This document shows positions 39,278-48,186 of a stretch of 64,000 nt of DNA, in pieces. Numbering within the stretch: position 1 is the first letter of the stretch; every line of letters starts with the position of its first letter. The position numbers were made by a program, and so were the translations under genes. The notes below the pieces were generated by a model, which was given only the letters and a program-made list of their open reading frames with translations, ran no database searches and was not told the origin of the DNA. Source of the stretch: an uncultured delta proteobacterium (lineage in GTDB: Bacteria; Myxococcota_A; UBA9160; UBA4427); the NCBI GenBank assembly GCA_963822965.1, contig CAWGJT010000005.1, forward strand, positions 1,824,001-1,888,000. Direction: 5' to 3'.

Positions 39278-40531
39278 TCAGACGAGCTCGACGGTAGCCA
39301 TCTCGCGAGCGCAGTTGAAGCGCACCGCAGGACCCGCGACGCCGATGCCGCGGTTCACGTAGAGCGTCGAGGCCTTCAGCTGATACAGGCCCCGGGTGTA
39401 GCCCGTCATCACGCGCGCCAGGTTCACGTGCCGGCCGCGGCGGAACGGCAGCGCCAGCTGGCCACCGTGGGTATGTCCGGCCAGCACCAGCGGAAAGCCC
39501 AGCCGGGCGGCCTGCCCGAAGGCCTGGGGGCGGTGCACCAGCAGCAGCACGGGCCCGTCGTCGGGAAGCGACGCGGCCAGGCTCTCCATCGACTCGAGGT
39601 GCAGGTCGCGATTCGTCCAGTCGCGACCCGGGTCCTCGATGCCCGCCAGGTAGAGCGGCGCGTCCAGGGGCAGGCGCACGCACTCGTCCCGCAGCAGGCG
39701 GATGCCGGGGGCGTGGGCCGCGAACGCGTCCACGATGCGGTCGGTGCCCGTGTAGGTGTCGTGGTTGCCGAGCACCGCATAGACGCCGAGGCGCGCGCGT
39801 AGACCGGCCAGGCGCCGGACGCCCTCCTCGACGAAGGCCGGGTCGAAGTCGAAGATGTCGCCGGTGATGACCAGGAGATCGCTGCCCAGGGCGTTCGCGT
39901 CGCGCACCATGGCGTCGAGGCGCTCGCCTTCGAGGCCGTTGCCGATGTGGAGATCGGTCAGGTGGCCGATGCGCAGCCCCCGGTGATCGTCGTGCAGGCC
40001 CTCGATGGGCACCTGCACGATGGTGCGGTCCACCTTCTTCTGTCCGCCGGTGAACGCCCATACCGATGCGAACCCCACCGCGCCGACCAGCACCATCGAG
40101 AGCGCCCGGAAGAGCGTGAAGGCCGGCTCGCTGCCGAGCCCGATCCAGCCGAGCAGGCTCGTCACCGGGAAGAGCCCGAGCCAGGAGACCGCCACGGCCA
40201 GGCCGACGAGCAGGGTCGAGATGCCGACCGCCATGTAGACGCGGGCGGCGCGACGCGCGTCGCCTCCGTACATGCGGGCCCGGCGCAGGAGCGGCACGGT
40301 GACCAGGTTCGCCGCCACCAGCCCCAGGCCGAGACCCAGCGCCAGCCCGGCGCCGAGGCCCTCCCGGCCCACCACCACCACCAGGGCCCACTGGAGGATC
40401 AGCGCCTGCATGGCGCCCAGCAGGCCCGCCAGGGTGCGCCACATGTTGCCGAAGACGGCACGCCGCAAGCGGGCACGCAGCTCGAAGCGCGGCCGCCGGG
40501 CACGTCCCAGCTCGTCGGTACCGATCACCAT
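39278..40531 (-). CDS. Membrane-bound metallophosphoesterase (YkuE-like)
   Basis: N-terminal TMs; TDLH, TGD, LGNHD and GHTHGGQ motifs. Confidence 0.9.
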   Translation of the reverse strand: MVIGTDELGRARRPRFELRARLRRAVFGNMWRTLAGLLGAMQALILQWALVVVVGREGLGAGLALGLGLGLVAANLVTVPLLRRARMYGGDARRAARVYMAVGISTLLVGLAVAVSWLGLFPVTSLLGWIGLGSEPAFTLFRALSMVLVGAVGFASVWAFTGGQKKVDRTIVQVPIEGLHDDHRGLRIGHLTDLHIGNGLEGERLDAMVRDANALGSDLLVITGDIFDFDPAFVEEGVRRLAGLRARLGVYAVLGNHDTYTGTDRIVDAFAAHAPGIRLLRDECVRLPLDAPLYLAGIEDPGRDWTNRDLHLESMESLAASLPDDGPVLLLVHRPQAFGQAARLGFPLVLAGHTHGGQLALPFRRGRHVNLARVMTGYTRGLYQLKASTLYVNRGIGVAGPAVRFNCAREMATVELV

Positions 40532-40549
40532 GACTTGGACACCACGAAA

Positions 40550-40622
40550 CTCCCAAGAGGACGACGCTCAGCGTCGTCCTCGGGTTGCAAGTCAGCGCCC
40601 CAGCGGGGCGCTGACCGCTCAG
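40550..40622. repeat. Dispersed 73-bp two-hairpin intergenic repeat, family A copy 2
   Basis: GAGGACGACGC-TCA-GCGTCGTCCTC and GTCAGCGCCCC-AGC-GGGGCGCTGAC. Confidence 0.9.
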
Positions 40623-41656
40623 AACCGGTCCGCCGGCCAGTAGACGAAGTTCTCCGGGGGCAGGACCCGCTTCAGGAACTCGGTCGGCGTCTCGTCGGAT
40701 CGGACGGAAACCTCCAGCCTCGTCCCCAGGGCCTCGGCGTCCAGGCACAGGAGCATATTGGTGGGATCGTCCACCACCTGGGCGCTGATGCCCCGTTGCT
40801 CCAGGGAGACGGTGAGCGGCAGGTCGTCGAAGGAGGGCAGCAGCAACGCCTCTCGCAGCGCGTCCGAAGACTGGTCCGCGCGGCACAGGACGTCGGGCTG
40901 GCGCGTCCGCAGCTCGGCGTCGATCAGCTCGGCGAGGGGCTCGGCGTCGTCGTCCCGGGAGAGCTCGGTGACGACGAGCTTGCCGAAGATGCGGGCCAGC
41001 CGGAGGTGCGCCACCAGCACCCCGCGACGGCGGGCCACCACCAGCTCCTCGTCCGGATTGCCCGCCAGCTCGAAGGACGCCTCCCACAGGGCGTCGTCGC
41101 GCACCACGGTGCCGCTGCGCGACCGGGAGTACCCCGCCTGCAGGGCCTTCACGTCCTCGAGATCGCGATCCCACTCGAAGCGGGAGATCTCGACGTCCGG
41201 GTCTCGCCGAGCCGCGGGCCGCGGCGACTCGGCGCGGCGCATCCAGGCGCGCTGGCTCTTCCAGGACGCGAACCCGTACCGTCCGTAGAAGTCGAACCGG
41301 CTCGAGAAGAGGAGCGAGAGCTCCATGCCCCGGGCGCGCATGGCCGAGAGCGCCTGCTCGAGCACGCGGCCGCCGAGCCCCTCCCCGCGCCGGGACGGGC
41401 GGGTGAACACGCTGCCGACGCCGCCCGTCGGCACGGGATGATCGAGCACCCGCACTTCCCGGGGAAAGATCTGGACCGTCGAGAGGAGCTGGTCGCCTTC
41501 CGCGGCCACCCAGACGTTCTCGTCCGCGTAGGTCGGATCGTGCAGGGGCCAGCGCGCGAAGAAGTCCCGACCCGTCCAGCCGTCCGGCATCTCCCAGCCG
41601 TCCAGCAGGTCGAGCCAGGCGTCCCGCTCGCCGGCCTCGAGGGTTCGGATCTCCAT
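40619..41656 (-). CDS. GNAT (Eis-like) acetyltransferase
   Basis: GGVGSVFTRPSRRGEGLG and FYGRYGF motifs; C-terminal YWPADRF. Confidence 0.82.
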   Translation of the reverse strand: MEIRTLEAGERDAWLDLLDGWEMPDGWTGRDFFARWPLHDPTYADENVWVAAEGDQLLSTVQIFPREVRVLDHPVPTGGVGSVFTRPSRRGEGLGGRVLEQALSAMRARGMELSLLFSSRFDFYGRYGFASWKSQRAWMRRAESPRPAARRDPDVEISRFEWDRDLEDVKALQAGYSRSRSGTVVRDDALWEASFELAGNPDEELVVARRRGVLVAHLRLARIFGKLVVTELSRDDDAEPLAELIDAELRTRQPDVLCRADQSSDALREALLLPSFDDLPLTVSLEQRGISAQVVDDPTNMLLCLDAEALGTRLEVSVRSDETPTEFLKRVLPPENFVYWPADRF

Positions 41657-41679
41657 CCGGCGGTCAGTATACTGCCGGC

Positions 41680-42000
41680 ATGTCCGAAGCCCGCAGCGTC
41701 TACCGGGAGGCCTTCCAGCACTTCGCCAAGGGCGAGCTGGACGACGCCATCGCCGGCTACCACCGCGCCATCGAGATCGACGAGAGCCTGGCGATCGCCT
41801 GGAACGGCCTCTCGATGGCCCTCGCCCAACAAGGCAACCTCGACGAGGCCATCGACGCGGCAAAGCGCCTCGTGGAGCTGGAGCCCAAGGATCCGCTGAG
41901 CCACACGAACCTGTCGCGCCTGCTGCAGCAGAAGGGCCTCATTCCGGAGGCCGAGGAGGCCATGGCGACCGCGACCCGCCTGCAGATGGGTCCCGGCTGA
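41680..42000 (+). CDS. Small TPR protein
   Basis: Repeated helices GELDDAIAGY and GNLDEAIDAA. Confidence 0.85.
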   Translation: MSEARSVYREAFQHFAKGELDDAIAGYHRAIEIDESLAIAWNGLSMALAQQGNLDEAIDAAKRLVELEPKDPLSHTNLSRLLQQKGLIPEAEEAMATATRLQMGPG

Positions 42001-42057
42001 ATCCCGCTCAGGCTTCGTTATTTCGAGCCGCAACGCCCGCTCCCGCCGGAGGCCCCC

Positions 42058-42723
42058 ATGAGTGACGCACTGAAATCCCTGGGGCTGAGCCCCGATCTGC
42101 ACGCCTACCTGGTGGAGCACGGAACGCCGCCCGACCCGATCCTGCGCGAGCTCGCGGAGGTGACCCGCGAGCGCATCGGGGGCATGGCGCTCATGCAGAT
42201 CGCTCCCGAGCAGGGCACGTTCATGACGCTCCTCACCCGGCTCGTCGGCGCGAAGAACGCCGTCGAGGTGGGCACCTTCACGGGCTACTCGGCGCTGTGC
42301 ATCGCCCGCGGCCTGCCCAGCGACGGCCGGCTCCTGTGCTGCGACGTGAGCGAGGAGTGGACGAGCATCGGGCGGCCGTTCTGGGAGAAGGCCGGGGTCG
42401 CTGACCGCATCGATCTGCGCATCGCGCCCGCCCTCGACACCCTGCGCGAGCTGCCCCGGGAACGCCACGTGGACCTGGCGTTCATCGACGCCGACAAGCC
42501 CAACTACGCCAACTACTACGAAGAGCTGCTGCCGCGCATGCGACAGGGCGGCCTGTTGCTGGTGGACAACGTGCTCTGGGGCGGCGGCGTCATCGACGAC
42601 AGCCGCCAGGACGAGAGCACCCTGGCGATTCGCGCCTTCAACGACCTGGTCGCCGGGGACGACCGCGTGGAGGCGGTGATGCTTCCGGTCTCCGACGGCC
42701 TCACCCTGGTGCGGGTACGCTGA
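42058..42723 (+). CDS. Class I O-methyltransferase (caffeoyl-CoA OMT-like)
   Basis: EVGTFTGYS, FIDADK and DNVLW motifs. Confidence 0.93.
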   Translation: MSDALKSLGLSPDLHAYLVEHGTPPDPILRELAEVTRERIGGMALMQIAPEQGTFMTLLTRLVGAKNAVEVGTFTGYSALCIARGLPSDGRLLCCDVSEEWTSIGRPFWEKAGVADRIDLRIAPALDTLRELPRERHVDLAFIDADKPNYANYYEELLPRMRQGGLLLVDNVLWGGGVIDDSRQDESTLAIRAFNDLVAGDDRVEAVMLPVSDGLTLVRVR

Positions 42724-42855
42724 CGCCCGCGTCTCCCGGCCCTGTCCGCACGGGCCCGATGACCGGATCGAGAGGAACGCGGAGCCGCCCTGTCCTGGTT
42801 CGACTGGTACCCCGCCTACGAGTACCGCCTGGCCTCGACGCAGCTCGCCCTGGCC

Positions 42856-43695
42856 ATGCTGGGCATGGGTGCGCTGCTGCGGCCGGTGGACTTCGCGGCG
42901 CTGCTGCGCAGCCCGCGCGCGCTGTCGGTGGGACTCGCGGTCCAGCTCGTCGGGGTGCCGCTGGTGGCGTTCGGGCTGGGACGCCTGCTGCCGGTGCCGG
43001 CGGGCATCGCCGCCGGGCTCGTGCTGGTCGCGGCGGTGCCCGGGGGCACCATGTCCAACGTCGTGACGCACCTGGGCCGCGGCAACATCGCGCTCTCCAT
43101 CTCGCTCACCGGCCTCACGACGGTGATGGCCCTGGTCATGACCCCCGCCCTGCTGCGGCTCTTCGTGGGCGAGTTCCTGCCCGCCGACTTCGAGATGCCC
43201 GTGGCCCGGGTGGCCTGGGAGATCGGCGTCACCCTGCTGCTGCCCCTGGCGGTGGGCATGGCGGTGGGCGCCCGCTTCCAGCCCTGGCGCGGCGTCTTCT
43301 CGCTGTGGTGCATCCGCGGGAGCCTGGCCGCCATCGGGGTCATGATCGTGGGCGCGGCCGGCAGCGGTCGCGTGGACGCCACCGCCTACGGACCGATGGG
43401 ACTGCTCGCGATCCTCGCCCTCTCGGGCGCCGCCCAAGCGCTCGCGTGGATCGTCTGCCGGGCGACGGGCCTGACGGCCGCGGACCGGCTCGCGGTGCTC
43501 GTCGAGGCGACCATCCGCAACACCAACCTCGGCGTGCTCGTCAAGGCGTCCCTGTTCCCCGCCGAGGCGGGTCGGGTGGATCCCATCGGCGACGCCATGT
43601 TCTTCGCGGTGCTCCTCTACGGGGGCGCAGCCGTGCTGTTCGCGGCGCCCCCGGTGGTGCTGGCGCGACGCGCCCGGACCACGGCGTCAGCCTGA
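42856..43695 (+). CDS. Bile acid:sodium symporter family transporter
   Basis: MLGMG, PGGTMSN, GNIALSISLT and RN motifs; frame open further upstream (possible CTG start 42790). Confidence 0.85.
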   Translation: MLGMGALLRPVDFAALLRSPRALSVGLAVQLVGVPLVAFGLGRLLPVPAGIAAGLVLVAAVPGGTMSNVVTHLGRGNIALSISLTGLTTVMALVMTPALLRLFVGEFLPADFEMPVARVAWEIGVTLLLPLAVGMAVGARFQPWRGVFSLWCIRGSLAAIGVMIVGAAGSGRVDATAYGPMGLLAILALSGAAQALAWIVCRATGLTAADRLAVLVEATIRNTNLGVLVKASLFPAEAGRVDPIGDAMFFAVLLYGGAAVLFAAPPVVLARRARTTASA

Positions 43696-44262
43696 GCGGG
43701 CCCCGCGCAGCAGCCGAGCGGTGCACTCCGCCACCCAGCCACCGTGGGCCCGGCAGGCGACGAGATGATCCTCGGTGGGGCCGGCACGTCCCGAGCGCGG
43801 GTTGGTCCAGGCTACCGGCCCCCAGTGACAGCCCGCCGAGGCGAAGCCCGGCAGGCGGTTGTGCATCGGCACCAGCAGCATCCCGTGCTCGGCGAGGTTC
43901 GCCAGCAGGCCGACCAGGGCCAGCTCGGCGCCCCCGCGCGCCCCGGCGCCGGCGGAGCAGAAGGCGGCACCCACCTTGCCGACGAGCGTCCCCTGCATCC
44001 ACAGGGGCGCGCAGCGCTCGAAGAAGGCGCGCATGGACGACTCCATGCCGCCCATGTGCACCCCGGACCCCAGCACGAGGGCGTCGATGGACTCGAGGTC
44101 GCCGGGCTGCGCGTCCTCGGCTCGCTTGACGAGGGTGTCCGCCTGCGACTCCCGCGCGCCCTGCGCGAAGGCTTCCGCCAGGCGCGCGGTGCGGCCGGTC
44201 TGGGAGGCCACCACCACCAGAATCCTCGCGGCTGCGGGCGCCGGCGCCCCGGGTGCGCTCAT
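43687..44262 (-). CDS. Flavodoxin/WrbA-like NAD(P)H oxidoreductase
   Basis: SQTGRTARLA and LVGKVGAAF motifs. Confidence 0.82.
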   Translation of the reverse strand: MSAPGAPAPAAARILVVVASQTGRTARLAEAFAQGARESQADTLVKRAEDAQPGDLESIDALVLGSGVHMGGMESSMRAFFERCAPLWMQGTLVGKVGAAFCSAGAGARGGAELALVGLLANLAEHGMLLVPMHNRLPGFASAGCHWGPVAWTNPRSGRAGPTEDHLVACRAHGGWVAECTARLLRGARSG

Positions 44263-45209
44263 CGCCCGCACACCTGGTCGAGGACGCGCCGGAAGTCCTC
44301 CGGGTCCGGGCTCTCGGCCTCGATCTCCTCGAAGCGCACCCGGGCGGCGTGCAGCATCTGGCGCGGGGCGCCGAACGCGAGCGCCCGCTCGTCGCCGTAG
44401 AGGGCATCTCCCAGCACCGGGTGGCCCAGGTGGGCGAGGGTGACTCGGATCTGGTGCAGGAAGCCGGTCTCGATCCGCACCTCGACCAGGCTGGTGCCCG
44501 TGAAGCGCTCCAGCACCCGGACCGTCTGGCGTACCGGATAGGTGCGGGGCGGGCTCTGCCACGAGCCGTCCACCACCCGCACCCGCGCCGGGCGATGACG
44601 CACCACGGCCACCTCGAACGTCATGGCCCCCTCGTGGCGCTCGGGCACCTCGCCGGCCACGAGGGCGCGGTAGACCTTCTCCAGCCGGTGCTCCCGGAAG
44701 GCGGCCCGCAGTCGTTCCCAGGCCGCGTCTTGGGTGGCCAGGAGCAGGACACCGCTGGTGTCCACGTCGAGCCGGTGAACGACACCGCTCCGGAGCCCGC
44801 CCTCCCCCACGCCGTGGATCTCCGGGTGCGCGGCGATCACCGCGTTCAGCACGGTACCCGTCTCGCCCTCCTGGAGGGGGTGCACGGGCGTGCCGGCGGG
44901 CTTGTCCACGGCGAGCCAGCCGGAGCCCCGGGCCAGCACGTGGAGCGGCTCGGCCGGACGCGCTCGCTGGTCCTCCGGGCGGCGGAAGCGCCCGATCTCG
45001 AGACGGCCCTCGGCGGGAAGCGACAGCCCCTTGTCGCCGTAGCCCAGGGTGCGGCCGCCGAGGGAGACGAGCCCGTCCGCCAGCAGCTGGCGGGCCTGGG
45101 AGCGCGAGATGCCCAGGGCGTCCACCAGGAAGCGGTCGAGCCGAACCCCGGCGTCTCCGTCCCCGAGGGCGATCGTCGAGGCTTCGGGAGCCTGCTCCAC
45201 GGAGGGCAT
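44259..45209 (-). CDS. RluA/RluD-family pseudouridine synthase
   Basis: S4-like RLDRFL; DKPAG, VHRLDVDTSG, TGFLHQIR and GDALY motifs. Confidence 0.92.
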   Translation of the reverse strand: MPSVEQAPEASTIALGDGDAGVRLDRFLVDALGISRSQARQLLADGLVSLGGRTLGYGDKGLSLPAEGRLEIGRFRRPEDQRARPAEPLHVLARGSGWLAVDKPAGTPVHPLQEGETGTVLNAVIAAHPEIHGVGEGGLRSGVVHRLDVDTSGVLLLATQDAAWERLRAAFREHRLEKVYRALVAGEVPERHEGAMTFEVAVVRHRPARVRVVDGSWQSPPRTYPVRQTVRVLERFTGTSLVEVRIETGFLHQIRVTLAHLGHPVLGDALYGDERALAFGAPRQMLHAARVRFEEIEAESPDPEDFRRVLDQVCGR

Positions 45210-45296
45210 CGCGCGATTGTACGCGGCGGGGGCTCGCTCGACAGGCCCGCGCGGCCTCGGGTACCCTCGCTGGCCACGATTCGAGGCGTCGGGACC

Positions 45297-45446
45297 ATGA
45301 TCGATCGACGAAATCGACGGAACAGGCAACACGCCAAGCGCCGGATCATCGGGATTATGGGCCCGCGGCCCGGATCCCGTCCCGACTAGCGCGACGAGGC
45401 GAATCCGAAGGCCGCGGGAACCCGATCCTGCGGCCTTCGTGCTTCT
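45297..45446 (+). promoter_or_regulatory. Putative Ile-responsive attenuator: leader peptide 45297-45389, antiterminator and terminator
   Basis: MIDRRNRRNRQHAKRRIIGIMGPRPGSRPD; hairpin 45406-45439; alternative pairing 45362-70/45410-18; upstream of cimA. Confidence 0.6.
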
Positions 45447-45540
45447 GAGTGTCTGCCCCCCAGAACCGAACTCCGCGGGGACCCCGAGATCCCTGGACCC
45501 TGGCCTTCGAGGCCTGACGGAAACGCGGAGAGCGAAGAAG

Positions 45541-47211
45541 ATGAGCCAGACCGAACGAAGCACGCACCCCATCGCCGTCATGGACACCACCCTGCGGGAC
45601 GGCGAGCAGACCCCGAACGTCTCCTACACACCGGAAGAGAAGCAACAGCTCGCCCGGCTCATGCTGTGCGACCTCGAGGTGGATCGCATCGAGATCGCCT
45701 CGACCCGGGTCTCCGAGGGCGAGGCCGAGGCGGCGGCACGCATCACCGCCTGGGCCCGCAAGGCGCGGGTCCTGCAGCGTGTCGAGATACTGGGCTACAG
45801 CGACGGCGACCAGTCCGTGGACTGGATCGCGAGCGCGGGCGGCAAGGTGATGAACCTGCTCACCAAGGGCTCGGAGAAGCACTGCCTCGGGCAGCTGCGC
45901 ATGAGCCCCGAGCAGCACCGGGCCCGGGTGCGGGAGACGATCCGCTACGCGCTCCGCAAGCGCCTGACCGTGAACGTGTATCTCGAGGACTGGTCGACGG
46001 GCGTGCGCGAGTCCTTCGACTACGTGTTCGCGATGGTCCAGATGCTGCGCGAGCTGCGGGTGGCGCGAGTGTACCTGCCCGACACCCTCGGGATCCTCGA
46101 TCCCGAAGGGGTGACGCGCTACGTCGGGCTCATGACGCAGACCTGGCCGGCGGTGGACTTCGAGTTCCACGGCCACAACGACTACAGCCTGGCCACCGCC
46201 AACTGCCTGGCGGCGGTGCGCGCCGGGGCGCGGGGCATCCACACCAGCGTCAACAGCATGGGCGAGCGGGCCGGCAACAGCTGCCTCGCCGAGGCGGTGG
46301 CCGCCATCCACGACCACACGGAGTTCCGCACCGGCGTGAACGAGTCGCGCCTGTTCGCGGTCTCCCGCATGGTGGAGACGTTCAGCGGCAAGGACGTCGC
46401 CGCCAACGCGCCCATCGTCGGCCGCGACGTGTTCACCCAGACGGCGGGCATCCACGCGGACGGCGACGCCAAGGGCGATCTCTACGCCAGTCGGCTGCTG
46501 CCGGCACGCTTCGGCCGCACCCGGCGCTATGCGCTCGGCAAGCTCTCGGGCAAGGCGTCCCTGGACCACAATCTCGCCGCCCTCGGCATCGAGCTCTCGG
46601 ACGCCGACCGCGACCAGGTGCTGAAGCGCGTGATCGAGCTGGGCGACAAGAAGAACCAGATCTCCGCGGAAGACCTGCCCTTCATCATCACCGACGTGCT
46701 CAAGCGGCCGGGCGAGCAGCTGCTGCGGATCGCCTCGTGGCGGGTGTTCGTCTCCAACGACGAGACGCCCCGGGCCGAGGTCGCACTCTCCTACCAGGGT
46801 CGGGTGGAGAAGGCAGAGGCCGAGGGAGACGGCGGCTACGACTCGCTGATGAACGCCATCCGCAAGGCCGTGAAGCCCTTCGAGGTGGAGATCCCGCGTC
46901 TCGAGGACTTCCGCTCGCGAATCCCGCCGGGCGGCCGCACCGGCGCCCTCGTCGAGACGGTGATCACCTGGCGCAAGGAGGCGACCGGCACCGGCACGTC
47001 CCGGCGAACCCAGCGACGCGGCAGCGAGACCTTCTCGACCCTGGGCGTCGACTCGGACCAGCTCACGGCGGCGGTGATCGCGACCGAGAAGATGCTGAAC
47101 GCCATCCTGCCCCGGAACGAGCCCGAGAAGCCCGCCCCCCGGAGCGTGCGGAAGCGCCGCGCCCCGGCGGCCGCCCGCAAGGGACGCAGCTCGCGCGGGG
47201 GGCGTGGGTGA
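45541..47211 (+). CDS. cimA: Citramalate synthase (LeuA/CimA family)
   Basis: MDTTLRDGEQ, NVYLEDWS, NLLTKGS, FHGHND, AGIHADGD and YALGKLSG motifs; C-terminal regulatory domain. Confidence 0.8.
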   Translation: MSQTERSTHPIAVMDTTLRDGEQTPNVSYTPEEKQQLARLMLCDLEVDRIEIASTRVSEGEAEAAARITAWARKARVLQRVEILGYSDGDQSVDWIASAGGKVMNLLTKGSEKHCLGQLRMSPEQHRARVRETIRYALRKRLTVNVYLEDWSTGVRESFDYVFAMVQMLRELRVARVYLPDTLGILDPEGVTRYVGLMTQTWPAVDFEFHGHNDYSLATANCLAAVRAGARGIHTSVNSMGERAGNSCLAEAVAAIHDHTEFRTGVNESRLFAVSRMVETFSGKDVAANAPIVGRDVFTQTAGIHADGDAKGDLYASRLLPARFGRTRRYALGKLSGKASLDHNLAALGIELSDADRDQVLKRVIELGDKKNQISAEDLPFIITDVLKRPGEQLLRIASWRVFVSNDETPRAEVALSYQGRVEKAEAEGDGGYDSLMNAIRKAVKPFEVEIPRLEDFRSRIPPGGRTGALVETVITWRKEATGTGTSRRTQRRGSETFSTLGVDSDQLTAAVIATEKMLNAILPRNEPEKPAPRSVRKRRAPAAARKGRSSRGGRG

Positions 47212-48186
47212 GGCACGGCCTGCGCCGGCAGCTCGCCCCGCTCGCCCTGTGCCTCGGGCTCACCCCGCTGCTGGCGGCCTGCCAGTCGCTCCAGGAGAAG
47301 AAGGAAGAAGCGACCTACGAGCCCACCGAGAGCGTGATCGAGGTGGTGGCCGTGCTGCGGCGCCACGTGCCGGACGACACGTACCGCTTCCCGCCCGGCA
47401 CCGACTTCAGCGGGCGCAACGTGTATCGCTCCTCGCTGCTGCGGCTCGAGAACCTCGAGCAGCTGCACGAGGGCAGCCTGCGCGCCGGCCATCTCGACCC
47501 GGTCATCGCCTTCTCCAAGGCGCGCGCCCTCGAGCGGCTGCGCGCCTACGACCTGGCCGCCCAGCACTTCGACCGCGCGCGCGAGCAACGAGACCCTGCG
47601 TGCGGACGCCGAACGCGGCGCCCGGCTGAACGCCGCCATCGCCCAGGCCCTGCGCGTGGGCCTCGACCTGCACGACCCGATGAGCGGCGACGCCGTGCTG
47701 CCCGTGGACCCCGACGACGTGGTGGCCGGCCTCGACACACGCATCTCCCAGCTCGCGGCGCTGCTGCGCGACGACCCGCCGCCCCCCTACCCGGCGATCC
47801 TGCGCGAGGAGATCGAGCGGGCCGACGTCACCCGGGCCCGCTACTTCACCGCCATGCGCCAGGTCCTCCCCGACGGCAACCTGCGCGCGGTCGCCGAGTG
47901 GCAGCGCGTGCTCGCGCGTCACGAGTCGAGCAAGCTCGAGCGCCGACACATGATCGAGACGGCCAACCTCTACGCGGAGCTGGCGCGCGAGTACGTGATC
48001 GCGAAGCCTCCCGAGAGCCTCGACTTCGATCCCCCGATGTTCCGCGAGCTGGTGGACGGCGCCACGCACCTCTACGAAGCGGTGGCCCACCAGGACGGCA
48101 CGCCGGAGAAGATCGAGGCCGCCCGTCGCCTCGAGGCCTTCCTCGCCTTCACCCTGCAGGTGGACAGTGAACGCTTCTCGCAGTGA
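47208..48186 (+). CDS. Hypothetical helical lipoprotein, frameshifted near 47580
   Basis: GTGA overlap with cimA; LAAC lipobox; coding-like sequence continues in another frame to 48186. Confidence 0.65.
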
